Shown here piece after piece: positions 1 to 11,886 of a DNA stretch of 64,000 nucleotides (its first letter is position 1; the number at the start of each line of letters is the position of its first letter). Under the pieces are notes generated by a model. That model saw only the letters and a list, made by a program, of their open reading frames with translations, did no database searches and had not been told where the DNA came from. A program made the translations under genes and the position numbers. The stretch is from Lingula anatina (Eukaryota; Animalia; Brachiopoda): positions 65,760,788 through 65,824,787 of the forward strand of contig CM120640.1 of the NCBI GenBank assembly GCA_051362555.1. Direction: 5' to 3'.

Positions 1-214
1 TCACCTTGAATCTTACTTAACAGATAATGTGCCTTGAAATGTATTTTATTTCAATGTATAGAATGCATGAAGTCACTTAATAATTGCATTGGTAGTTTGA
101 GGTACAACTTTTTTAATTTTTACGTGTCCTTTTTGTGCCAGGAATATGTTTGTTTTTGAAGACTGTAATGTTAATTAACTTAGACAAGTATAATAATAAT
201 TTTTTTTTCTCTAG

Positions 215-2833
215 GTGCATGTACGAACACATACAGGTGATAGACCTTTCAGGTGTGAATTCAAAGGCTGTGACAAGGCCTTTGCTACAGGTTATGGTCT
301 TAAGAGTCATCTGCGTGTACATACTGGTGAAAAACCATATAAATGTCCTGAGGAACTGTGTGATAAAGCCTTCAAGACTTCCGGTGATTTGCAGAAACAT
401 GTCCGAACACATACAGGTCCATACCATACAATAATATACATAAATCTTAACTAATCTGTGATCAATAACATAAATAGAACTGGAACTTATGTGGTGAAAA
501 ATTCAAATACTAATGGGTGTTCTAATGGAGACTATTTATAGCTGTATGACACTAAATGATGTGACCAGTCTATCCAGGTCATAACTTAGTAAAAGGCCCC
601 AGGGTGAGACTACACCATCTTTTAGTCTTTTAATTTTTTACCTTATATGTTCCAGAATTTGATTTATATATACTCCTGTTTCTAATTCTATTAAATTACT
701 AAAAAAAACATTCACTCATTTGAAAGTGTTATAAACACGTGAAATGTTTTATCCTTATTGAACAAACTTATATGATATTTGTTTCAAGTTTTCTCTGCTC
801 TTGCAGGAGAGAGACCATTCAAGTGTCCATTCGAAGGTTGTGACCGCTCTTTTACCACATCTAACATTCGTAAAGTTCACATCCGAACCCACACAGGAGA
901 ACGTCCATACATCTGTAATGAAGCAGGATGTGGGAGATCCTTTGCCAGTGCCACCAATTACAAGAATCATATAAGGATACACACAGGTATATTACAATAC
1001 CAGAAAAGAGAGTGAGAATTAAACAGAGAACCAGTGAAGTTTTACTTGAAAAAAAAAAAAAAAGATTGGGTAGTATTCAAATTATTATCCATGGGTTTTG
1101 ATGAATGTGTGTTTATAAAGAAAACTGATATGAACTGAGTGTAAAAACACAACTTGTTTGTTTGAGAAAGGAATCCATGTGAATCTAAAAGATGATTGCA
1201 TTTAGCAGCAAATGTTCTTTATTTCCAGGAGAGAAGCCCTATGTATGCACAGTGCTCGGGTGTGGAAAACGTTTCACAGAATACAGTAGTCTGTACAAAC
1301 ACCATGTTGTCCATACACATAACAAGCCTTATGTGTGCAACCACTGTGGGAAGACATACAGGCAGACGTCCACTTTGGCCATGCACAAGAGAACAGTCCA
1401 TGGGGAGGATGGGGATGTAGTGGAAGGGGAGCAGATCTTGGTCCAGCAGGGTATGGGGGGTGGAAGTAAGTCATTTCATACTCAGACATGCCATGTCATG
1501 ATATCATTGTAAAACAAATTACTGTGAATCACAATGCTTCATTTTTTTAAAACTTTGGATAATTAGTGAAGATTTTATATTAATGATAAATAGTTACACA
1601 GGCATCATGTAAATATAAAAAAACATTCTGGTTTTTAGATTTGAAGTTTTTCTAAAAGTGAAACTTTCCATTGACGTTAGTTGACATTTTGTTGGGCACC
1701 ACTTCATGACATTAACATTTGCTTATTTAAGTATTGATTCAGTTGTTATTAATGATGTGGACTTAAAATAAAAGTTATAGTCCAAAAACAAAATACTTGT
1801 AATTGTCTCCTTTTTATCTGATCATTGGTTTACTGTATAAAGAACTGGTTTCAGGTGAAGAGCAACCTCCAGAGAAGAGGGCCCGTATACAGTTCAGCTT
1901 ACCAGCCCAGGAAGGTAGTGTTCAGCAGGTGGTTGAAGAAGGTGCCACACAGGAAGATGGGGAGGGCAATTTGGTGATCAACACAGCAGATACTCAGCAG
2001 GTATGGTTTGGCCTGCAAGTGTAGCTTTCAATTCATATTCATTTTATACTACTTTAAATAATCAGATTTAAAAAAAAGGACCTAAAGTAAGTTGCAATGC
2101 TCAGATTATTAGAAATCTATTATTTCTACAAATACCTAATACTGAACAGATACTAAATGAAAGCTATTTTCATTTTTAGATCACCATTGTAAGTTCTGAG
2201 GGAATGACCTATATCAGCCACTCTCTGCCTAGTGCTGGGCAGGCTGCCCCCCAGGTTACTCAGGCCTCTATTACTCAGCTGACCCCTGGGGTGACCCCAG
2301 GGGAACAGATCTTTGTAGTCACAGACCCTGCTCAACTGGAACTGCTAAAGGTAATGGAAAAAGTAACATCTGAGTGTCTCTGTAAAAATGATATGGTGGT
2401 AAAAATATGTTGAAAAAAAAAGAGTGCTGGGTACTGGACAGAATAAATATATATTTCTCCATCTTGTTATAAAAGTAATTTTCTATGCTTATCACACAAA
2501 AGTTACACGTAGAATTATTTCTTTCAGCAATTATGTCAGCAGAATCAACCACCCCCATTTCCAGACCAGTCTCAAACTCTGCAGCAGCAGCAGCAGCAAC
2601 AACAACAGCAACAACAACAACATGAGAGCACAGATCTTGTGGCTGCTGACAGTGTGGTTGTCCACAGTGGGGTGACTCCAGCCCAGTCATCAGCAGAGCC
2701 CACACAGGACACTCTGGGGGTTGTCATAGACACGAGGGGTGAAACCTCAACAGAATCTGTAGTGGTGGCCACTTCTGCCAGTGACACTGCAATTGATGCA
2801 GTAGAAAGTCTCACTGGTTTTACTGAAGACTAG
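215..2833 (+). CDS. ZNF143: ZNF143/ZNF76 (Staf)-family C2H2 zinc-finger transcription factor, 5'-partial. Exons 215-416, 807-986, 1229-1465, 1843(or 1855)-2000, 2180-2350, 2528-2833 (stop TAG)
   Basis: Six fingers closely match Staf/ZNF143 fingers 2-7 ([70 protein letters not shown]). All introns are GT-AG with compatible phases, and the exons sum to 1254 nt (418 codons). The C-terminal tail includes a 13-Gln tract. Confidence 0.93.
2582..2620 (+). repeat. CAG/CAA repeat encoding polyQ13 in the last ZNF143 exon
   Basis: (CAG)5(CAA)3CAG(CAA)4, in frame with the exon starting at 2528. Confidence 0.9.
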
Positions 2834-3779
2834 GCTTAGTAAATTAAAAAAGATAATAATAATAAACATGCACAGCAGCAAAGACAGTATCTGGGTATTC
2901 TTGGATAACTTGAATGTGAAAACTAAAAAACTGATGTAACTGTTTAAACTTGAACACATCGGAAAAATAAATAAAACATGTCTTATCAACATTTTGTATG
3001 CCAGTTAATTTTGGTTTGGTCAGTAGATTCATGGGTTCGCAATTTATTTGTAACCAAAAGTATGGACAAGTCATAATTTTGGTTTGTATGATCAAAGCAA
3101 AGTAGACTGATAATATAATTTTAAAGAATATTCAATGAAGTTTGGTTATTTAAATTTTGCAGCTGTTTTTCCGTTCTGTCTGAATGTGAGCCATTGCATG
3201 ATATGCTATTTCTAAAAAATCTTGATAGCCGAAGTAATGCATATCTGTTTGGCATGTTTGTTTCGCTGTAAATACAGTATGTTTATGAAGTAATATTTTT
3301 ATTTTAGTATTGTGTGCTGATGTTTGTTTCTAACACATTTGTAGTTTAAATTGGATGATACTTGTACACATAATATAAAAAACAACTGAATGTACATATG
3401 ATAATAAGGTACAAAATTTAAAACTTCAAACGGAACATTGTAAAATAATAAAATGATACACACTGGGAACCTCTATTGCTTTGTGTTATCACTGTTAGAG
3501 ATCAGCACTGTTGTATATTTGATATAGAAAATCATTTGGGCTTAGTGTATTGAATCTAGGACCCATGAGACGAATATAGTAGTTTGATAGGCCCGACCGT
3601 AGATTGATTAGAAATAAAATTGACATAAGGCACAATGTACCACGAGTCGTCAGTATCAAAGATGCAGTCAGGGACAACTGTTTTAATTAAAAAATGGATA
3701 TAATACAAAACTACATTGCATTATTTAATCAAAAGAGAGCATTTGTTGAATCAGCTTCAAGAAGTAAGTTCCCATCTCA

Positions 3780-3956
3780 ACGAGCGCCACAAACACATCT
3801 GTAATATAAGCTGTCGCCAGGTGTCAGCACTAACACGTGACCGAGTGTTCAAACAAGGGCCGCCATGTGGAGAAGTTTACACTGTGAGGTGGATGAACAA
3901 CTACACTGTAGAAAGCTGATATTTTGAAACAATAGGAAAGGAAACTAGTGGTAAGT
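3780..3956 (+). promoter_or_regulatory. Probable promoter and non-coding first exon of the liprin-beta gene (donor GTAAGT at 3951)
   Basis: Local CpG enrichment in a CpG-poor background, an E-box CACGTG (about 3834-3839), a YY1-like GCCGCCATGT (3859-3868) and a perfect donor G|GTAAGT. The first coding exon of liprin-beta starts at a strong acceptor (about 14483), so an upstream exon is needed. The link to this exon is inference. Confidence 0.5.
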
Positions 3957-6900
3957 GCACAGGATGGAGAGGAAAGATGAGAAACAATGATTTTTGTAGT
4001 AGTTGGATTTTTAGTGGCTTGAATTATTTTTTGTAAGGTGAATGTTTAATCGAGATTTTACATGTGATAAATCTCAGCCATTTCAATCTTTCCGTGTCTC
4101 ACCGGGCGTCCACGTTATCACAGCATTAGTCACCGGCTAGGCACTAGTCTCAGGTGTATTCTCTGGGGTAGGCCCACGAAAATATCGGATCTGACTGGTA
4201 TGAATTGTATTTATCAGTGCCATACCAATTATTACAAAGCGTTGACAGAAAAAACGCTGTCAACGGAGATAAAAATTTACGGAGTTTGTTTACAGCATTC
4301 GATATATGTACTGTTGCATTGTTGTGCCTTATACACGTCTTCTCCTACTAAAGTTTAACTAAGGTCTGAAAAAAAAAATGATGTGTTGATGTGCACCTGC
4401 ATCTTCCAGTTGGCATATATTGTGCTGTGACTTATTTGCAGGTGAAGCCAGTCATTGAATAAGGCCTTAGATAAATTTCTCACACGGCAAGCTTATATAT
4501 AGTGTTGTGATTAAACTTGAAGTAGAGGTGTGTGGGTTGACGGCTTGCTTTTTGCATGTGATGTCACTTATTAGTCCGTGGGTTTGATAGCCAGCAACCA
4601 AGAATAAGTGGTTAGGAGCTCTAATAAGGTGGGTGATATGTGACTTCAAGAGCAACTACTCCATCGGACTGGGTAATTGATGAAAAGAGCCTACCATGCA
4701 GATGCCCAGAAAAATACATCTAAGAGTTCTGTAGATTTTTTGCAACAGTCTGATCAGTGATGGCCCTGTCTCCATCCCAGTCAACTTCTCCAATATAAAC
4801 CTCAGGAAGTAGCCTCAGCATGTAACACATTTTCATTGTCTGCAGAAAATATCACAAGATGTTATTGCCACTGCCCCAGGGTACAACAGCAAACTTGTCC
4901 CTAGTAGAACAGGCCTATAACACAACAGAGCATAGAGAATCATCACAATCACTAGTTATCCTCAAGATCTTGTTTAGTATTGACAAGAGGGATAAATGAT
5001 ATGATGGATGTTATGTGCTGATTACTCTTGTGTGCTAATATATGAGCTAAAATGGCAATTTGTCAGAGTATAGAAGACAGTTGCCTGTACTCGCTCAACC
5101 CACCTGTAGTAATGACGTACATCACGTGTATTATACATAGACCTAGATGAATATCATCAGTATTTTTTGACAAAACTAAGAGGTTTTGTGTTTGGTTGCA
5201 ATTTATATATTTATTTACATGTCTTTTCGAAGCTTGTCTTTTTCTTGAAATCACACATGGAATGTTCTGAATAAAAATAGCACCTTTCTTTATTAAATAG
5301 AATATTACATCTTCAATACAGCTACTTTTTCTTGGCTTTGTATAATATATAAAAAGGCATTGAGAGCTATTGTTACATTTTTATCTAATGCAAAAAATTT
5401 TAATGATATGCATTGTTTTACTTAGGTATGACTGTTTTAAAGGTTTAAATATTAAGTTGTGTAAAAAAATATATTAAGATCAGTCAGGCCATAATGGTAA
5501 GAGATTGTAATAGCTTTCACTAAGCCAAGCATAATTTAAAAAATGATCTTGGAAAAGCTTTACATACAGCCTTTTGCATAAGTATTAATGTTAAGCAGAC
5601 GTGGGCCATTAAGAGATAATATGACATAGTAGACCAAAACCACATTTAATACGGTTTGGTGGATATATCTCTGGTATGTCACTGAAGAAGGTGAGTAGAA
5701 GAGGCATAAAACATAAAATTCGGATTTTGTTGCTATAGAAGAAGTCCTTCTGTATTTCTGTGTCTAAAAGTGTGGAGATGGAAGTGGACAATGTACATAT
5801 ATATGGAATATATAAGGTAATACATGTAATCTAAATTATGTACATCAACAGGTCCATAAATAACAATCTTCATTTGCACATATTAAGATCTATGCAGGTG
5901 ATAATTGTCTTTCTAAATAAGGGCCATTGTTATGAATCCTTAATTTTGCTTTATTAAATAATTTAGTTTAAGTCTTTCGCTATTTACATTTTGGTATTTG
6001 ACCACAGAATGAGTATTGGTGGTTAACTCGTAGACCAAAGTAAAGACCAATTGATGGTAATTACAAATCTTTCAACTTAATTATCGTCCATTTTTATGAT
6101 CTGCATTGTGCAATGTTATGTTATGAGTGTTACCTATATTTATACCTTCACATTCTCCTTGAATAAGGTATGAGTAAAAAAGAAAATTAAAGATAAAAGA
6201 AAATTTAAGTTGTAAACAAGATTCACAATTTTTAAATGAGTCTTCTCACAAAATTTATTGTAACCACTCAAATACATAGACACATTTTCATTACATACAT
6301 AGCTGAAAAGAGGACCTTGAACTGCAAAGCACCAATTTTTGTGTTTGTGTAGTGGTGAAAAAACTAACAGTAATGATAATGGTCTATTTATTTTCAAGAA
6401 AAGATTTGTCTATCATCTTTACCTTGGCACTAACAATGAGTGGTGTAAATTATTTCTGGCTTAACCAAGCACCTTTTCTTGTCATTAAAAAAAATTTTTT
6501 TTGTAAGAAGGGGTGTTTATTGTTTCCTGGGTGTTGAATGATCTTACCTCCCACTCAGATATCCCCCTGGATTGTAATCTCATGAACACAGCAGAATAAT
6601 AGAGATTGATTCAGATTTTTCTGCATTTCCTGGAGCTATATTGGATTTCTGAGTAATGATATGCCAGGAAGTGAGAGTCTTTGTACAATCGGAAGACTGA
6701 CTTAAGCTCCTTGTTGCTGATGGTCAAAGTCATTCAAATTAAAAACAATTGTAAGAAGTTTTAAGTGGAAACTCGGTTTGTATCTGGCACATGAGCTCTG
6801 TCGACTGGTATACCAGTTCCAGAGATAAATGCTTTTTTTGCGACAGTAATTCTGCTAACAAAAAGCACTGACCACATAATCTGATGTGAAAATTGCATCA

Positions 6901-9443
6901 AAAGCAGTTGGAAGGAGGCAATAGAATAAGAAAAAGTTGTTTTCTTTGTAAAAGTTTATTGTTGAGTGTTGCTGTATGTTTTCGCATTGATTATTTTCCT
7001 TGTGCTTTTCTTTTGATCTTATCAGCCTAAAGTATGTATGAAATGGTTACTGTTAGGATGAACCCATTTTGGGAGAATATTTTTATGCTGTGGTTTAAAG
7101 TTGAATAGAAGCAAAAAGTGATATCTTGTAATTTTCAACTGCGTTTTTAACCTGGAGAGAACCAAAAAATAATACGAATAACTTCTGTCGCATTTATAAC
7201 TAAACAGCTGTACATACGTTGTAGAAAAAAAAAGTACTAGAATCAGTTAAATTAACTGTGACTAAATCTGTTTTTTTTTTTTGTATTAATTAAATAATTC
7301 CAGCTTATACTGGCAGATTATCAAAAATCTTGTGTAAAGACTTTGTAGACTTGTGTCTGCCCACTGGCTGAGTTGATACTGACACCTCTAGCTTTTTTGA
7401 CAACTGTGTGTTGTGTCTCCACAGGGGAGGCTGTGTGGAGCACTCTACTTGACACTCATCAGCAAAAATGCCACTGTTTGCTTTGTAGGTGGGGGTAAGA
7501 GTGAAAATACTAGAGTACTTGTAAATTTTAGTAGAATGTTGTTCTTTTTGAGCATGCATGCTTTGTCTATTATATGCGCATAAGGACGTGGAAATACCAT
7601 GTAATGAATCAATTTTGGCTGTAAAGGAAGGCAGACATCCCATTTATCAGTATGTGTCTTGTGTTGTCTGTTCAGGATGCTGAGCCAACCACTGAGGTGC
7701 TCTAATTGTTGAGACACCTGCATTTCACCAGGTAGGTGATAGTAAATCATTGCACAATAACTTGCATTTCTCCACTCTGCATAAATGAAGTAAGCTTAGA
7801 ATATTCAAGTTTTAAGGACTTTTGCGTTATGCATTCTCCTTGTGCTTTAGGTATACAAAGTGCATAACCTTTGTGTGTATCCAACAAACTTGGTTCTCAC
7901 AAATCTGTGTTTGTTTGAGAAAGGGGAGAATAATGCACCAGGTCAAGTGCTGGCTATTGTGGGATAGAAGGGGTACTGTAAACTTAGAGAAAACCAAATA
8001 CCAGGACATTTTCTCTTAATTTTCTATATCAGTATTTGCATATCTTAAGGCGCTCTTTTTAATCTGCTCATTTTTAGTTGCTATGTGGATACATGTACTT
8101 GAGATAAGTGGTGCGTTGTGAAGAGAGACATGGAAGACCACTCCATAAAGTGACTTAATTTCTCAATTCTTTATCCGCTAATCTTGGCATGAAAGAGGAG
8201 TCTGCTAGGTAATAAGGCAGGCTTAACATGGCTTTTCTGTAATATTCTTATCTGATACTTGTAACTGGGACATTGTTATAATTTAAATATGAAAAAACTG
8301 CTGATTTTGAAGATTAATAATCTTTTTAGCCTCTCTAAAATCCCCCCTCCAATCTATGTAGCTTATATTATAATTTGTTTTTATTTTTTGTAGTAGGTTT
8401 TTTAATCCTTTGGTAAGGTGGCAATCATGTGCATTAAATCTTCTGAAATTTTCAAATTATTTCAACTTTTTCTTAAAATTTAACATCTTTAGTGTACAGA
8501 TTATTATCCATTTTCTATTTTAAATGAAATTTTCTTCAAACTGATAATTAAACAACAGCAGTGTTCAACTTAAAAATTTGTCACTTGAGGAGAAAATATA
8601 TACTTAAGAAATAGGAACTCCATACAAATGATGTTAATATGTCACTGCTCATTACAAACAGGTCCTCGTTTTCCTTTTCAAGTCTGAAGGGTCTTAGCAG
8701 CTAACAGCACTGTCAGTGTTTGCAGCCAAAAAGGCAAGAAAGTTTTCAAAGAAATGTTGATGTATCAGCTAGGTAAGGGCTATGATGTCCAGGAGCAATT
8801 GATCCATTTCCAAAATGTACATGCAGATATATCAGTTAAGATTGGGGAAGTTATCAGGAAAGAGTGGGATGGATGAGAAGTGATGAACAAAGCTGTATAA
8901 TTGATCATCATGTTTTGGACCAATATAGAAGTCTCCAATAGGATATATATTCTTGGCTGATTGATGTTTTTTTTTTTGTATGAATATTCTTGGAGAGGAA
9001 GTCCAGTTGTTTTAGGTATGGGTGTACATGTGATTCATATTTTATATCCATGTAAATATGGCATGGTAGCAGCTGTAGTTTGATTATGTCTGCTTTCCAC
9101 ATGTGACAGTGGTAATTAGTTCACTCCAAGACACGTTAAGGGTATTATAATTTATGTTTGTTGAAAAAACAGCTGGGTGTATTTCCATTGAGCGGTGGGC
9201 ATGATCAGCTTTTAGATATCTTTGGAAAAAAAGATATATAAATATATATAATTGTCTTAACTGCTGAAAACTGATCTGCAATTTCACTATGTAATCCTCT
9301 GGAGGACAGAGTTTCATGCTGCCTTTTAGCTTTCTTTAAATATATATTTTTCCGTCAGATCACTAAAGCATAGATGTGTAGAAAGGAATGCATTATGCAG
9401 AGGTGGATACTGAAGTGTAGTAAAGGCTATAAGAATAATCATA

Positions 9444-9658
9444 GGCTCTATTCCCATACATTTTAGATCGATCTATCCCCGCGGGGAGTCTCACTAGATT
9501 ACTTTCAGATAATCCGACTTAAATGTCCATCCCGCCTACTACAAGCTGTAAGAGGGTAATTTACTTTCGTGTCCGCCCGGCTGACAACTATTTAGCGTGA
9601 ACCCCCAGGGAGTTAGGTCGATCTAAAGTAGGTCGATCTAATCTATGGAAATGGGGTG
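9444..9658. mobile_element. MITE of about 215 bp, Harbinger-like; related copy at about 58872-59102
   Basis: Imperfect terminal inverted repeats (GGCTCTATTCCCATA / TATGGAAATGGGGTG) with ATA on both flanks. Internal sequence (gggagtct..actagat, atttagcgtgaacccc..gggagt.aggtcgatc) is shared with the 58.9 kb copy. Confidence 0.6.
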
Positions 9659-10327
9659 ATAGGGTGTTGATGTTGTATTTTGAAGTCTTTTTATGTTTTT
9701 TGACGGAACAGGCCCATCCCAAACAAGTATCTGTATGAAATGACTTCAGTATTACCTGCTAATCATTCCATTTTTTTCCTGCTCATCTATTGATCAGATA
9801 AGTGGAAAATTATATTTGTCTATTTCTTGAATCAACTTGGGATATTGATTTGGGAGATGAGGGGCTGCTGTGACTGTTACCCTGTTGTTAGAAAGACACA
9901 TAAGATGTTTGAACAATTGATTGACACTGTCAGCAACATAATGCAGAGTAGGAGAATGCTTTCTGGTTTGTCGAAGTACCTGCTGTTCCTATGGAACCTA
10001 AGATAGATATATCCTCGTTATGCTAGTTATAATTATTGCAGTTAGTTTATGTTGCTGTGATTAGGCATATACTTATCCTGATGTCATAGTAAAATTATTA
10101 TCATGTCTCATTGCAGTGATGTAACAGTGCCTTTGTTCTTCTTTTACAGTGTTATGTTGTTACAGCATCATACTATATGAAGGTGTCTTCAGGCTGTGAC
10201 TGCAACACCTCATTGGCATCATGGTATTGTCTGAGGGTTGTGATTGTAATGATCTCACCCGTTTGAAGTGGCCCATCTCATCAGTGTGGTGTTTACCCAT
10301 TGGGTAACTTGAACTTGGCTCTCATTA

Positions 10328-11886
10328 GGCCACACTTTTTTATTTTTATGGATGACATCCTGCGCGCGCACCAATTTTCGTCCGTTCTCCAAAAAAAAAA
10401 AATCATCCCCCCCCCCCCCCCCATTGAAGTCGGTTGTCGCAAACGTCGTTATTGAATTTGCCGGAAAATGTGCTTTCTGCGCATGCGTATTACTGCCATG
10501 TGGAAATATGGCCCTTTTGCCATCAAATTCATCTCTAGGATTACTTTCAAATTACAGGACAATTAATTATATAAAGTCATAAAGAGAACGGGGCCGTCGT
10601 TTTGGATTGTTATGTCATTGATATTGGGCATGGAGATATCCAACTTTTTACAATAATGCAAAAGCTGGCGGCGGCCAGCAATTATCGCCCGGAAAATTTC
10701 AGTGATATTCTGTCCAAAGCAACACATACCAGGTTATTTGGAGCGAAAAAAAGGGTCGACAGGGCGTCGAGGTATTTGGTGGGCTGTAGGTCGGTCAGGC
10801 CACCCGACAGTTTGGGTGCTTCATGTGAGTCGAAGTAGACCAAATGGCATCGACCGAAATGACCTTTTATAAAATTGGTAGTATTAAAGTCATAATAACT
10901 CTTCGTTTTGGCCAAAAATAGGATTTTCCTGGAAAAAAACGGCAATTTTCTCGTACTTACCAATGGCCAACGACCCCATTCCTGCATTCAAAGTTAATCC
11001 AGGGTTTTTTTCCTAAACGTACGGTTTTTTGTTAAAATCTCTTAAGAGATTTTAACTGACGGAGCTCTCTCTGACATTGCAAAGTCACTGGTGACCTACT
11101 TAAAACCGCGGGAAAAGCAGACAACAACAACACTATATAAGATTCATGAGATATATTCGTCTTTTTGTTAAAAATGCATTTATATCCACAATGTGTGCCA
11201 TTCTGGGCTTTTCGTTATCCGACGCACTGTACAAAAACTCGCAACTTACGCCTGAGGGTTTCCTGCCATGTTATTTTGGTCTCGAATGAACGCGAGAATC
11301 TGCGTGACACCATTACGTCATTAGCAACGAATGCACTTGTCGACCGGAAAAAAGGGATCGAAAGCCCTATTGACAAGCACAGATTTTAGTTTTCCTACAA
11401 TAACGGCCGTTTTAGTGGTAAAATACAATAGAATATATTTCCATGCGTTGTTTACAAAGTATTTCATGCGGATTTTTGAATCTCAAAGGAAGAGTTATTA
11501 TTGCTTTAAGCATATCTTAGCATCATTTTTTCCATAAAAACTTAATGTATCTAGATCAAATTTTACCCAGAGTGGACCTTTATCCAGCAAAAGGGGTGGT
11601 TCTTTCTAACCCCCTGGCTACGGGCCCGTCTATTCATGACTTTTTTTTTTTACCTTTCTACGAAGTATTCACAATGCTTTAATATTTTGAGAGCATGGAT
11701 AAAGACATATTGTTAGTTTGGTACGTGTTTTTGTGGTAAATTTGTGTTTCCAGCTGTGTACTGACAGCATTCCTTTACTTAAGCAGCTTTTTTTATTTTT
11801 TTGGACTGTTTTTTTTTTTTTCGCCCTCTCGCACCGATTTCGGGGTCCCCAGAGGATGTCATCCATAAAAATAAAAAAGTGTGGCC
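10328..11886. mobile_element. Non-autonomous DNA transposon with 34-bp TIR and 3-bp TWA TSD (Zator- or PIF/Harbinger-like), copy 1
   Basis: Perfect [37 protein letters not shown] at both ends, with TTA duplicated at 10325-10327 and 11887-11889. A second copy lies in inverted orientation at 62617-63618. Confidence 0.9.
10888..11505. mobile_element. 618-bp Kolobok-like non-autonomous element nested in the 10328-11886 element
   Basis: TTAA at 10884-10887 and 11506-11509. Termini AGTCATAATAACTCTTC and GAAGAGTTATTATTGCT. The segment is absent from the sister copy at 62.6-63.6 kb, which shows the empty site (GGTAGTA TTAA GCATATC). TTAA plus AG..CT termini fit Kolobok. Confidence 0.85.

Noticed and set aside
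2319-2814. Minus-strand poly-Ala and poly-Cys ORFs
   Set aside because: They are antisense shadows of the polyQ-encoding ZNF143 exon.
3700-3780. Possible ZNF143 binding site (ACTACA...TCCCA) downstream of ZNF143
   Set aside because: Only the ACTACA half is present. The TCCCA core is about 55 bp away, not at the required spacing.
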